A DNA stretch of 64,000 nucleotides from a virus (lineage: Duplodnaviria > Caudoviricetes), in the IMG/VR virus record IMGVR_UViG_2773858002_000001, positions 27,802-91,801 of that record; one strand, given 5' to 3'. The first letter of the stretch is position 1; each line of letters opens with the position of its first letter. The position numbers and the translations under genes are program-made. The notes under the pieces were generated by a model that saw only the letters and a program-made list of their open reading frames with translations, made no database searches and was not told the origin of the DNA. Shown one piece after another: positions 9,694 through 19,278 of the stretch.

Positions 9694-9727
9694 TTTCAGC
9701 AACCCTCCATGGTTTCCTGTTGATCTA

Positions 9728-9777
9728 ATCCTACCGGTATGGCGTGGCCGGACAAGGATTTTGTGAAATTAATTGCA
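9728..9777 (-). promoter_or_regulatory. Sigma70-like promoter with palindrome 7 nt upstream of -35
   Basis: CTTGTC(9756-9751)-N17-TAGGAT(9733-9728); site at 9764-9777. Confidence 0.72.
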
Positions 9778-9780
9778 CGG

Positions 9781-11055
9781 TCAGAAGAATTGCAGATCAC
9801 CGACGTCCGTTTGCGTCACTTCCGAGAAATCCATTGTCTGGAAGTCCCACGCAGTGATGAACGATCCTGTTTCTCCATTTCGCCCTTTCAACACTTCCAC
9901 CTTACGCTGGTTGAGGGTTTCTACGCTGTCTTCCTGAAAGAGACCGAGCACCAAAGACGACACCTGGGCGATGGCATCGGTGTAGCCAATATCGTCCATG
10001 GTGACTTTCTCGCCCTTCTTCGGGTTCTTCTTGCCTGCCGTTTTCGCGAACTGCCAGCTGCATACCGTCGGGGCGATGGGGGCCAACTCTGACTTGATGA
10101 GCTCGGCGTTCTCGGCAACGCGCCTGTAACGATCCCGCTCCGTGGGGTGCTTCACCAGATAAGCCCCGTCGATGAAGATCGCCGCTGGCTTCAACTGGCG
10201 AGCAAGTGCCCAGATGTCTTCGACGGTCGCCGCCAGATTACCATCCACAACCCAGAACGGAGCTCCATAGTCCTTAATCTCCGCCAGGCCGGCCTTGAGC
10301 ATACTGAGCTTGCCGCTTCCGAGTGCTGACTTCTTCAGGTTTGACGCGGACACGTGTGCTTGCATAGCCGCTAGGCGCTGCTGTATCGGCAACAACCCGA
10401 TCTCCATGCTTACGAACAACCGGGACTGATCAGCTTCGGGGTCGTGGTTCTTGCCAGCTTTTCTCCACCCGTGATGCGCGGCATAGAGCAACTGCCATGT
10501 CTTGCCCGCAGCCGGCCTGCCAACCATGCTTGCAACATCGCCACGAACCAGTCCCCCGGTCAGCTCATCAATGTAGGGCCATCCCATGTGGAGGCCCTTC
10601 TGATCGGTCAGATTGAACTTCGATGCGTATTCCCCGACAACGACCTCATAGGCGTGTCTGAAGTCCACGACCTGCTTCTGCACCCTCTGGCTGGCCAAAT
10701 CCATGACGGCATTCGTCATTACCTCCAAGGCCGACATAACGTCTTTGTTCTCAGGCATGAAAAGATCGCCGGCCTTCTTCATGGCCTTCTTCATCGAAAA
10801 CTCGATGTGCCGGAGCTCCATCAGATCGTGGTAGTAGGCTGAAGGCTCCGAGTGCTGAACCAGCGTGTCGCCCGTGTGAACCTCAATCGTGTCCTCGGTC
10901 GGGAGCGTCTGGTACTCCTTCACAAAATCGCGCACAAATTCGTAGACGCCAATCTCATTGGCTTTGAACAGATGCTCGATCCGCCCGTATTCGAGAAGTG
11001 CTCCCACCGACCCCTCAGCAATGACTGCTGACAGGAACATCTTTCCAATCGACAT
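9781..11055 (-). CDS. dnaB: DnaB-like replicative helicase
   Basis: GRPAAGKT, FVSME, IFIDGAYL, IGYTDAIAQ, LKGRNG. Confidence 0.9.
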   Translation of the reverse strand: MSIGKMFLSAVIAEGSVGALLEYGRIEHLFKANEIGVYEFVRDFVKEYQTLPTEDTIEVHTGDTLVQHSEPSAYYHDLMELRHIEFSMKKAMKKAGDLFMPENKDVMSALEVMTNAVMDLASQRVQKQVVDFRHAYEVVVGEYASKFNLTDQKGLHMGWPYIDELTGGLVRGDVASMVGRPAAGKTWQLLYAAHHGWRKAGKNHDPEADQSRLFVSMEIGLLPIQQRLAAMQAHVSASNLKKSALGSGKLSMLKAGLAEIKDYGAPFWVVDGNLAATVEDIWALARQLKPAAIFIDGAYLVKHPTERDRYRRVAENAELIKSELAPIAPTVCSWQFAKTAGKKNPKKGEKVTMDDIGYTDAIAQVSSLVLGLFQEDSVETLNQRKVEVLKGRNGETGSFITAWDFQTMDFSEVTQTDVGDLQFF

Positions 11056-11064
11056 GAATGCCCC

Positions 11065-11634
11065 CTAGACCTTCGACTGCTTGTAGTGGACCTCGATATG
11101 TCGCTTGAACGCGAGGCCGTATTCCTTCCCGAGCAGTTGAATGTCGGAGGCGTAGATGACTGTCTGCAGTCCGGCGACGTGCCGGTACGTCAGATAGTCG
11201 AACAACGCATTCACCTGCCACGAAGCGACCGTTCCACCCTCGGACGCAGACAGGAAGAAATTCGGTATCAGGAGGCACGTGAGGTCGGGCATCTCCTGCT
11301 TTGGCAGCATGTCCAGGACCGTGCCGAGCGTCATAACCCTGGCACGAATGAAATTGCGCACGAGCGCGCCCGCCATCGCTGACATATGAGCCTCAACAAC
11401 TCCGCCAGTGTTCTTGCCGAACAGAGCAAGGCCGGAGGTGCCGTTGCTGGAATGCTTCCGGAAATGACGCAGATACTCGCGCGTGCTGTGTGGCACGTCA
11501 TCAGGTAGCTGCGACCAAATCCAGTGCGGCTGAATGCCGGCGTCCTGCGCGAAGCTGTCCAGGTCGGCTACGAGCCGTTCGTGGTGTTCTCGCTTCAGCA
11601 CGCCGGAGGCGTATGGATCGACCAAAGTCGTCAT
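11065..11634 (-). CDS. Degenerate DnaC/IstB-like helicase loader
   Basis: Lies between initiator and helicase; GLALFG, LLIPNF, LF..L..R...L.TVI pattern without an intact Walker A. Confidence 0.55.
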   Translation of the reverse strand: MTTLVDPYASGVLKREHHERLVADLDSFAQDAGIQPHWIWSQLPDDVPHSTREYLRHFRKHSSNGTSGLALFGKNTGGVVEAHMSAMAGALVRNFIRARVMTLGTVLDMLPKQEMPDLTCLLIPNFFLSASEGGTVASWQVNALFDYLTYRHVAGLQTVIYASDIQLLGKEYGLAFKRHIEVHYKQSKV

Positions 11635-12587
11635 TTTTCTGAACCGTCTCCCGACCCGAGGATTGCCATCAGTTCCTCAAAGGACTTCGGCTGATCGTCC
11701 TCTTCAGGTTGTGAAATTAATTGCACAATCTTTGCCGCAGGTAAACCGGGAGAAGCCTCCTGCTTTTCCGGCCCCGGCAGTTTCGATGATGTCGCCAATG
11801 CTACAGCGATCCATGCATGTTTCAAGAGGAAATCGATGCTCGGGTGGCTCGGCGTGGATTTGATGCCGGCCTTGGTCTCAACATCCTTCACGAACTCCAC
11901 CCAATTCCTGATCGACCACTCCAGCACCTTGGCAGCAGTGCCCTCGGGACACTTCGCGAGAAAGTGCTTCATCTGGCCGAGTTGCTTTTTGGTAACGTGA
12001 ACCATGCTCTGCTCGTAAACGTCTGCGAACGTCTCCTTCCAGACGAACTCCAGCTGCTTCACCGTGTCGGGTTTATGGAGATGCTTCTTTGCCGCCTGGG
12101 CTGCCAGTGTTTCGGATATTTTCATTATCGTCCCGTCCTCGTGTTCACACCCCTCCGGCTCCGTGGCGGGAGAACTCCCGCTACTCACTTTCTTATCTCC
12201 CTTCTTTACCTCACTAAGAACCGAAGGTTCTTTTATGGGAGTGCCCACAGGGTAACCATGAAGAGTGCCCTCTGGGTCACTACCGGCAGTGCCCTTGAGG
12301 GCATTCAACGCCAGGTCCGTGAGCCGGAAAAATCCGTGCCTTTTGCCCCGGTAGAGATGGTACTCGGCTGTCACCAACCCGGCCTCTTTGAGGCGCTTGA
12401 TCGCGTTGGTGTACTCCTTCAGGGTGCACCCTGTTTCCTCCAACCACTCATCCCGGCTCATAACGACCCAACGGTGCGGGCCTCTTCTGATTTTCGTCTT
12501 CCCCATCCAATAGGACAGGCGCAAAAGCACCGCCGCTGCAGGCCATGTACCGGCGAGAGCTTTCGCTTGCGCGATAGGGTTCTTCAC
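11631..12587 (-). CDS. Putative replication initiator (N-terminal winged HTH)
   Basis: WVVMSRDEWLEETGCT....NAIKRLKEAGLV wHTH pattern; upstream of loader and DnaB. Confidence 0.65.
   Translation of the reverse strand: MKNPIAQAKALAGTWPAAAVLLRLSYWMGKTKIRRGPHRWVVMSRDEWLEETGCTLKEYTNAIKRLKEAGLVTAEYHLYRGKRHGFFRLTDLALNALKGTAGSDPEGTLHGYPVGTPIKEPSVLSEVKKGDKKVSSGSSPATEPEGCEHEDGTIMKISETLAAQAAKKHLHKPDTVKQLEFVWKETFADVYEQSMVHVTKKQLGQMKHFLAKCPEGTAAKVLEWSIRNWVEFVKDVETKAGIKSTPSHPSIDFLLKHAWIAVALATSSKLPGPEKQEASPGLPAAKIVQLISQPEEDDQPKSFEELMAILGSGDGSEK
12240..12304. repeat. Three iteron-like repeats at 24-bp period (candidate origin)
   Basis: AGTGCCCACAGGGTAAC (12240), AGTGCCCTCTGGGTCAC (12264), AGTGCCCTTGAGGGCAT (12288), inside the initiator gene. 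Confidence 0.45.
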
Positions 12588-12623
12588 GTGACGCTCCAGC
12601 GACGTTGCAATTAATTGCAGATG

Positions 12624-13343
12624 CTAGGCCGAGTAGTCATCGTCTCCCGCGTCGTAATCTCCGTCGGCATCATCAAACTCGTCCTCGGGTTTGTCCTGAA
12701 CGATACCCTTAGCCTCGTTCGACGCCTCGTAGACCTTCTTCAGAATGTCCGCCTGAACGCCAACGATGCCCATGGTGTCCTCCATCGCGGTGGCGACCTT
12801 CTTGCGCATCTCGATGTTGGTCTGGATCGTCTCAACAACCTTCTGGTAGTGGCCGTCGAACCATTCCGCGATGTCTGCCTCGGAAAGTGTCAGATACTCC
12901 GCCCCGACAAGCTCCACGATGTAGGAGGCCATTTTCTTGGCAAGAGCCCCATTATCGATCTGTTCGAGAAACGATTTCATCTCGTCCTCGGAGCCGTCGG
13001 GTGACCCCTTCAGTAGAACACCGATGGTGGTCGAGGCACGAGAGTTGCCGTCATTGTCCCACGTGATGTTTGGAAGGGCATCTTTCGGTCGCTCGAACTT
13101 CTGTGCGTCGGCAAGCGACACCACGGGTCCGCTGGAGTCCTCAAACATGTCGCCGCCAGGCGCTACCCGCAGCTTGGAGCCAAACCACGTGTTTCCATCG
13201 CTTCCGAAGGCTTCCCCCTTCATCACGACTGTCGGCTTGATGCCAATGGCCATGTTTCCACGCCGCCCCAGAAGCAGGTAGCTCATACCAGTGGTCGAAC
13301 CCGGCATCATCTTGAACTTGCTGTTCTCTTCCGCAGTCTGCAT
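12624..13343 (-). CDS. Hypothetical protein with acidic C-terminus
   Basis: AAAGGAG RBS before ATG 13343. Confidence 0.75.
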   Translation of the reverse strand: MQTAEENSKFKMMPGSTTGMSYLLLGRRGNMAIGIKPTVVMKGEAFGSDGNTWFGSKLRVAPGGDMFEDSSGPVVSLADAQKFERPKDALPNITWDNDGNSRASTTIGVLLKGSPDGSEDEMKSFLEQIDNGALAKKMASYIVELVGAEYLTLSEADIAEWFDGHYQKVVETIQTNIEMRKKVATAMEDTMGIVGVQADILKKVYEASNEAKGIVQDKPEDEFDDADGDYDAGDDDYSA

Positions 13344-13375
13344 CGTTTCACTCCTTTGATCTGATGCAATTAATT

Positions 13376-14590
13376 TCAATCTTGCGCGCCGGCCTTCTCT
13401 TTGGAAACCGGTTTTTTGAGGGCCTTCACGAATGCGTAGGTCGCCTTCGTCAAAGCTGCTTGGCTGTACTTGACGGGCTGGCTGCCCGCGATCTCGGGAG
13501 TCTTCTTCACAATGTCAGCGATTTGAAGCGCGGATACCCCCTTCGCCTGTTCAAATGTGTTGAGAACAGACTTGACGAACGGCACCGCCTCCGAGCTGTC
13601 GAGGCCACCAAACCACATGCTCTCATCGATACGACCTTCACGGTACAACTCTTTAGGGAGCGCCTTGGCGTTGTTCGTGGTCATAACCACAAAGACCTTT
13701 GTTCTCCGCTCCGCAAGCCACCACAGAAGCTGCGAGAGCATTGTTGAGGTGGTTCCGTCATGGCTCCCGGACTGGAACACTTTCTCGACTTCATCGAGCA
13801 GGGCCACACAAGGTTCTTCGTGATCGAGCCGAGTGAGATTGGTCAGCATATTCGCTTCGGACTGGCCGACGTACTTGTTCTTCGTGCCACCGATGTCCAC
13901 CCGGTATAGCGGGATACCCCATTGCTCGGCCAGATAGCGCGCCCCGGCAGTCTTGCCGGTTCCGGGCGGGCCGTCGAACAACAGCCCTCGCGGCGTCAGC
14001 CTGTGGTCTGTCCCCTCCAGAAAGAACGACTTTTCCTTGGCGGTGAATTCAGCCAGCTTTTCAGGTGGATCATAGAAGTCCTGCCGGAGATCGACCTGAG
14101 CCAAACCACTGGAGCCCTGAAAACTGCTCCGGCGTGTCTCGGTCAGACCCTGCACTGTAAGGCTATTGTCCCTTGCCATGGTCAACCGGGCAAACTCGGC
14201 AGCCTCCTTCAGCGTGCACCCACCCAGGCCACGCGTGAGCACTGTCGCAGTCTTCAGATCGCTGGTGACCTTGTTGACGAATTGCAACAGAAGTTTCTTC
14301 GGCGTCGGGACTTCGCCGGCATCAAACATCGGCTCACACACCTGCGACGGGTTCACGAGTATCAGGGAACTCTCCAGCTTCACCAGTTTCTCGTAGAACT
14401 CGAACAGCGGGAGCTTGGAGCCGTCCCCGCCTGTTTGAAGGTAAACCGTGTCGGGTTCGAGTTTCGTCTGGGGGACGAACTTCACAGGCTTCCTGCCGGT
14501 GATCTCTCGAACGACAGTCGGCAGGTTGAGGGTATCTCTGGTTGTGACTGCAATAATCGGCAGCTGCGCTTGAACCGCGAGCTTTAGCAT
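13376..14590 (-). CDS. AAA+ ATPase (Ycf46-like)
   Basis: PRGLLFDGPPGTGKT, KYVGQSE, LLDEVEK, ELYREGRIDE. Confidence 0.9.
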   Translation of the reverse strand: MLKLAVQAQLPIIAVTTRDTLNLPTVVREITGRKPVKFVPQTKLEPDTVYLQTGGDGSKLPLFEFYEKLVKLESSLILVNPSQVCEPMFDAGEVPTPKKLLLQFVNKVTSDLKTATVLTRGLGGCTLKEAAEFARLTMARDNSLTVQGLTETRRSSFQGSSGLAQVDLRQDFYDPPEKLAEFTAKEKSFFLEGTDHRLTPRGLLFDGPPGTGKTAGARYLAEQWGIPLYRVDIGGTKNKYVGQSEANMLTNLTRLDHEEPCVALLDEVEKVFQSGSHDGTTSTMLSQLLWWLAERRTKVFVVMTTNNAKALPKELYREGRIDESMWFGGLDSSEAVPFVKSVLNTFEQAKGVSALQIADIVKKTPEIAGSQPVKYSQAALTKATYAFVKALKKPVSKEKAGAQD

Positions 14591-14620
14591 AGGTCGGTGC
14601 CCTCCTTGGCTGACCCTCAA

Positions 14621-14663
14621 ACTATGCCAGATAGTCGAGCCGTGACAAGTGCAATTAATTGCA
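14621..14663 (-). promoter_or_regulatory. Sigma70-like promoter with palindrome abutting -35
   Basis: CTTGTC(14649-14644)-N17-CATAGT(14626-14621); site at 14650-14663. Confidence 0.6.
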
Positions 14664-14801
14664 TATCTCGCAGATAACCTGTGGACGGTTAATCGCCTCG
14701 GGTTCTGCCTGGGCCGGCTGCTTACACCCGGACAGCAGGATGAACATGACCCATCCGATCAGTAGGATCAGCGGCCACGGGTCTCGCTGCTGCTCAGTCA
14801 T
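14655..14801 (-). CDS. Small putative lipoprotein
   Basis: Hydrophobic stretch followed by LLSGC lipobox; ATG overlaps the holin stop. Confidence 0.5.
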   Translation of the reverse strand: MTEQQRDPWPLILLIGWVMFILLSGCKQPAQAEPEAINRPQVICEICN

Positions 14802-15103
14802 TTGAGCTTCCACACCTTTAGAAACTCGACGGCTTCCTTTGGATTGTTTGCTGCGAAGATCGACCATTTCATCAACCCTTCTCCGGTCAGACCGGCAAGG
14901 ACCGCGACCGGGATCGTGTAGGTGTCCCCGTCGAGTTCAAGAAAGGCGAGCACAGGTTTTGTGAACACCCATGCAGCGAACAACGCGGCCAACACCGAGA
15001 TGATGCTACGCAGCCACGTCATACGCGGGGACGTAGCCAGCTTGAATACCGCCGCCCCAAGGACGGCAAACCAGAAGGATATGTCGTGTCCGAAAATCTG
15101 CAC
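14798..15103 (-). CDS. Holin
   Basis: 101 aa with about three TM segments and basic C-terminus, in the lysis cassette. Confidence 0.7.
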   Translation of the reverse strand: MQIFGHDISFWFAVLGAAVFKLATSPRMTWLRSIISVLAALFAAWVFTKPVLAFLELDGDTYTIPVAVLAGLTGEGLMKWSIFAANNPKEAVEFLKVWKLK

Positions 15104-15119
15104 CTGACTTATCCTTCAT

Positions 15120-15329
15120 TCACTGAACGCTGACTGCTGCGGATCGTTCCCAGCACCCAGCACGAACCCCACGCTCGAAGTGAGCGTCGATCCGCATATT
15201 GCCTTCACGAGTTGTTGCCTGAACGTCGCCAAGTGGGTCTACGATGACCCCGCAGGGCTTATCCACCGGAAGCGTGCTTGCACACCCCGCCAGCGCGATC
15301 CCAAGTGCCACCATTGCGGTAGCACGCAT
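15120..15329 (-). CDS. o-spanin (Rz1-like lipoprotein)
   Basis: ALAGC lipobox; overlaps the i-spanin gene in another frame. Confidence 0.65.
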   Translation of the reverse strand: MRATAMVALGIALAGCASTLPVDKPCGVIVDPLGDVQATTREGNMRIDAHFERGVRAGCWERSAAVSVQ

Positions 15330-15501
15330 CAACGTCCGACTGCCCTTCGGCAGCTTTTCCTTCGTTCGCGCGGTTTGCTCTCTCGACATCTTGGATGGCC
15401 TCCTGCCTGGCTCCATCAAGGAGCTTGTGGACCGTCCAGCCGACACCGCCGATTATGGCCAGTGCCAACAGACCGTAGATGATTGATTTCGGGGCATTCA
15501 T
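15259..15501 (-). CDS. i-spanin (Rz-like)
   Basis: N-terminal TM helix plus short coiled coil, directly after the endolysin. Confidence 0.6.
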   Translation of the reverse strand: MNAPKSIIYGLLALAIIGGVGWTVHKLLDGARQEAIQDVERANRANEGKAAEGQSDVDACYRNGGTWDRAGGVCKHASGG

Positions 15502-16631
15502 CGGCGTTCCCCATTCTGGAACGCCTGCACCCCCTTTCTCTCGCCGTTCCGACTGATCACAAAGATCGACAGGGCAACGATTGCGACAAGCAGCAACCAG
15601 ACAAAGCTCGGGACTGTCGCAGCATAATCCTTGACCGGATCGATATAGGATTTCGCCTCACCGAGTTGGTCGGCAGTGCCGGTGACGACGGCAGCCGTTC
15701 CGCTGCCGAACGCTGTGATCGCTGAGACGATCTTCGACCACCAGTTCGCCTTAACCTCCGGCACCTTCTTGATGACTTCCTTCGCAGGAGCGTCGGCGCG
15801 GCCTGGATCGACTTGGCGTGACGGTGCTCGCTGCAGTGCGCGGAGAAATTCTGCATCTATGATCGTCGCAAGCGGCAACCCATTGTCGGATCGAAACGCG
15901 AGGATCGCAGTCCGGGTGTACCTGCCAATTTTGCCGTCGGCAGCACCGACCTCTGTATACCCCAGAGCCTTCAGACGCTCCTGCACTGCCTTCACGGTTT
16001 CGGCCTCTGTCACGCCTTGAGCATCGACTTCATCAGGCCAGACGCGCTCCGCATTAGCCAAATGAGCCCGCATGTGGTCGAGGCCGTTCGTGCCGCCATT
16101 GATCGCTCTGCGCACACCCACGATGTCGTACCTGTCTGCAAGTTCGTTGCAACCGCGCTTCGCCCACTCGCGAACGGCGGTCTGGAACGCGACCTTTGGG
16201 TTGCTCTGAAGAGTCTCTGGGTTGTCTTCGAACCCCAGACTGCGGTAGCCGGCTCGACCGGTGGTCTGCATCATCCCGCCACCGCGAAAACGCCATCCGT
16301 CATCGCTCGGATAGGCCGCATTTCCCATGCGACCACCGTAGACCTTGATCGCCAACTTCTTCGCCTGGCGAACATAGGGTCTGGCAGCGGCATCGGATTT
16401 GAAGCGTGACGGCCAAGTCTTTCGAATACGTGAAGCGCTGGTGTACGTGAGGCTTTCCACGATGGCCCGGAGTCCACCTGTTTCTGTGGCAATACTGGAT
16501 AGGAAGAGCCTGATCCGTCTGGGAGTGACGATGCCGACCTGCTCAGCCTGCCGCCACTCACCCACGACGGCATCAACCAGAGCGGTCTTTGCGTTCGGCA
16601 AAAACGCCTTCAGTTCGGCTTTCGTGACCAT
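15498..16631 (-). CDS. Endolysin: GH19 domain + peptidoglycan-binding domain + C-terminal hydrophobic helices
   Basis: ETGGL, DGWRFRGGG..QTTGR..Y, INGG.NG, ADGKIG..T..AI..F. Confidence 0.88.
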   Translation of the reverse strand: MVTKAELKAFLPNAKTALVDAVVGEWRQAEQVGIVTPRRIRLFLSSIATETGGLRAIVESLTYTSASRIRKTWPSRFKSDAAARPYVRQAKKLAIKVYGGRMGNAAYPSDDGWRFRGGGMMQTTGRAGYRSLGFEDNPETLQSNPKVAFQTAVREWAKRGCNELADRYDIVGVRRAINGGTNGLDHMRAHLANAERVWPDEVDAQGVTEAETVKAVQERLKALGYTEVGAADGKIGRYTRTAILAFRSDNGLPLATIIDAEFLRALQRAPSRQVDPGRADAPAKEVIKKVPEVKANWWSKIVSAITAFGSGTAAVVTGTADQLGEAKSYIDPVKDYAATVPSFVWLLLVAIVALSIFVISRNGERKGVQAFQNGERR

Positions 16632-16748
16632 AAGAACCTCCACGCCTTGGCGTGTGCAATTAATTGCATTTCCGCCCTTGTATCAGAGCCGAGGTAGGCT
16701 GTCGTCCACGGGCCAGCGCTTCGGTGCAAACAGCGACCCAGCGCCCAT

Positions 16749-17720
16749 CTATACGTTCTTTAGTTTGACCCCAAGCTCCGCTGAATTGACCTCCGAAACA
16801 CCCCACGGAAGGCCCGTAGCCGGGTTCGTTGGCAGGTACGCTTGAGCCTTGGTGTATAGCTCCCCGAACTCGAAAGAAGGGCCTTCGTAGTCTGCTCCCC
16901 CGGACCGCACCGCCACGATGGTGTCGAGCGCGGACCCGACCTTGCCCCGAGCTCCTAGGACAACAGCGTCAACGGTGTACCCTGTATCGTAGGGTGAAGG
17001 TATCCCTGTGTTGGTGAAGGTGGAGACTTCGTTTGCATTGACACCAACAATTGACGTCGAACCAGACAAGCCGACACCATTCACATCTGTGTAGCCGCCG
17101 CCCCAATCATTGTAAGACCCGTTCCCCGAGAACTCCATTTGCACCAGATGCTTCTGGAGCGTGCTCTCGTCTGCGAGTATGATTGCTGAAAAGTAGGTAT
17201 CGCCGCTGGTGCTCGCCTGCACTGGACGAAACTCGACTTGTGAAACAGGGTTGCCGGAACCGAGAAGCGTGTCCCCGGAGAAGCTGCCATCCTGAACCTT
17301 GTCGATATAGAACTCTACCACACCAGACGTTTCATGCATGGCGATGTGCAAGTCGATGCGGAAAACCACGCCGTAGCTGTATGCGTTGCTTGTCGTCAGG
17401 AGTGTAGTCCAGGCTGAACCGTCGAATGCTTGCACGTCGTATGTTGAGGTCGAATTGTTGGTCGATCTACGAACCCTAAACCTCGGGTTCCCAGCTGCGT
17501 CGTTGAAGATGAGGAATGGCTCATTGCGATACCAGGCGAAGCGGATGTGTGCCGTAAACCAGAAGTCGGTCGTGGCAGGAAAGATATCGGTTCGGGCATA
17601 TTCCTCCCATTCAACCACGAAGTATTCTCGAACCGTATCGGCCTTGTACGCCGACCCCGATCCAGATCGTGCATTGCCTTGTACGTCGGCTTCCGAAGAG
17701 CCCGCGAAAAGGATGGCCAT
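16749..17720 (-). CDS. Putative virion/tail protein (lectin-like)
   Basis: Beta-rich, last gene of the tail operon; resembles 27553..28656. Confidence 0.6.
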   Translation of the reverse strand: MAILFAGSSEADVQGNARSGSGSAYKADTVREYFVVEWEEYARTDIFPATTDFWFTAHIRFAWYRNEPFLIFNDAAGNPRFRVRRSTNNSTSTYDVQAFDGSAWTTLLTTSNAYSYGVVFRIDLHIAMHETSGVVEFYIDKVQDGSFSGDTLLGSGNPVSQVEFRPVQASTSGDTYFSAIILADESTLQKHLVQMEFSGNGSYNDWGGGYTDVNGVGLSGSTSIVGVNANEVSTFTNTGIPSPYDTGYTVDAVVLGARGKVGSALDTIVAVRSGGADYEGPSFEFGELYTKAQAYLPTNPATGLPWGVSEVNSAELGVKLKNV

Positions 17721-17721
17721 A

Positions 17722-19278
17722 TTAGTTCTCCCGTAGAACGGTGTAAGGCTTCAGCGAAGTGACATGTGAGGTGCTGGGTTCAGCTGTTTCGTCAACAACC
17801 GCGTAGACTTTGTATGCCGACACTTTGTTCGGCTGCCGCAGATCGTATTTGTCGAGAAAATAGTCGATCATTTGCTGATACAGAGCGTCCGACAAACCGC
17901 CTGTGTAAAACAACAGCTCGTAAAGATGACCGTCAAAAGCCCCACCACCAGATACTCCTGAGCACCGAAGAAACTCCAAAGACTCCACGGTGGCACTTGG
18001 GTACGTGTTGGAGCCAATGAAGGGTTGTCGCTCTTCGTTCAGGTAGACGTTGGGTGTGTTCCAAGTGGGCAAATTCACGGCGATCAGGAACGGGTATTTC
18101 TGAAAACCACTGAACCTCCAAGCACTGTTGAACACATGGATATGCTCGCCAGTGGTCGGTCTGAAATAGATGGCGATTTTGCCTCCGTTTGATGCGGTTG
18201 ACCCCAATACGCCGTGGAAGATCGTAGTGTCGATCTTGTCCACCACCATGATCACGGTCTTGCCGGAATTTGCAGTCAGTCCCGACGGCTCCTTGTATGC
18301 AAAATCCTCGAAAAACTGCCCAATAGCATTCTTTGCTTCGATATAGGGCATGCCGTTCTGCCCACCGGTCCTGAAGATCGGTCGATTTGCCGGCGTCGTC
18401 TGTTTGGCGTCTGGCATGAACCCCTGGTTCGTCCATAGGGCTACAGGATCGCCGTCAACACAGGGTACTGTCCCAGCGTCATCGGAAAACACGCCCACGG
18501 ACGCATCAAAGTGCAGCATCTTCCGAGATTTCGGGAAAAGACCTACCTCCGGGGGGTCCGACTTGGGAAACGGAACAGTCGGTATGGGGTAGTCGGTGTC
18601 TGCTGAGTATCGAGCCACAGTCGTAACGCGAACGCAATCGATGGCACCACCCTTCCCAGACGCAAACCAACCGTCCAAGTTTGCGGATAGAATGCTGGAG
18701 TGCGTTCCTGGCTTCACTGGGTACTCGAAAGTGCCGCTTGCCACCATAGTGGCGACCCCGGAGCCCAACGAACCCTGGTAGAGCCGAACGGTGTTTCCGG
18801 TTCTCTCTATGCAGACATAGACCCACTCGCCAAGGGGAAATGCGACGGAGCTGGTGACTGCGGTATAGTCATTCCCGTCGGTATCCAAACGCGCGGCGAG
18901 ATACCCACCCGACACGTACCCCCGAAGGCCGTTTGTGTTCAAAAATCTGGGCGGGTTCGCATCATCAACAAGGTTTCGGAAGATGAATGCCTCGTAAGTG
19001 AAATCACTGATACCCAGGTCATCGATATTGTGGGCTACGTTTATATGGCCGCCATTCACCACGGCCTGCCCCTCAACGGCGGGGGTGCCCAAGGTGCAGC
19101 CTATGGAGTCAGGAACATACTTGATGAGACTTCCTGCATAGTTCGCCTCCAAATCTGTGTTGAAGTCGTTCGAATAGAGAACGTCATACCAGTGGGGGTC
19201 AGACAGCTCTACGGGACCGCCTCCTGAGAGCAGCGCAGATGCGGAGACCCCGTTCAGGAGTTGCATCATGGTGAGCAT
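17722..19278 (-). CDS. Tail fibre/receptor-binding protein with LamG/ConA-like domains
   Basis: DFTYEAFI, WVYVCIER.G..RLY, IDCVRVT..ARY, LHFDAS...W. Confidence 0.7.
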   Translation of the reverse strand: MLTMMQLLNGVSASALLSGGGPVELSDPHWYDVLYSNDFNTDLEANYAGSLIKYVPDSIGCTLGTPAVEGQAVVNGGHINVAHNIDDLGISDFTYEAFIFRNLVDDANPPRFLNTNGLRGYVSGGYLAARLDTDGNDYTAVTSSVAFPLGEWVYVCIERTGNTVRLYQGSLGSGVATMVASGTFEYPVKPGTHSSILSANLDGWFASGKGGAIDCVRVTTVARYSADTDYPIPTVPFPKSDPPEVGLFPKSRKMLHFDASVGVFSDDAGTVPCVDGDPVALWTNQGFMPDAKQTTPANRPIFRTGGQNGMPYIEAKNAIGQFFEDFAYKEPSGLTANSGKTVIMVVDKIDTTIFHGVLGSTASNGGKIAIYFRPTTGEHIHVFNSAWRFSGFQKYPFLIAVNLPTWNTPNVYLNEERQPFIGSNTYPSATVESLEFLRCSGVSGGGAFDGHLYELLFYTGGLSDALYQQMIDYFLDKYDLRQPNKVSAYKVYAVVDETAEPSTSHVTSLKPYTVLREN

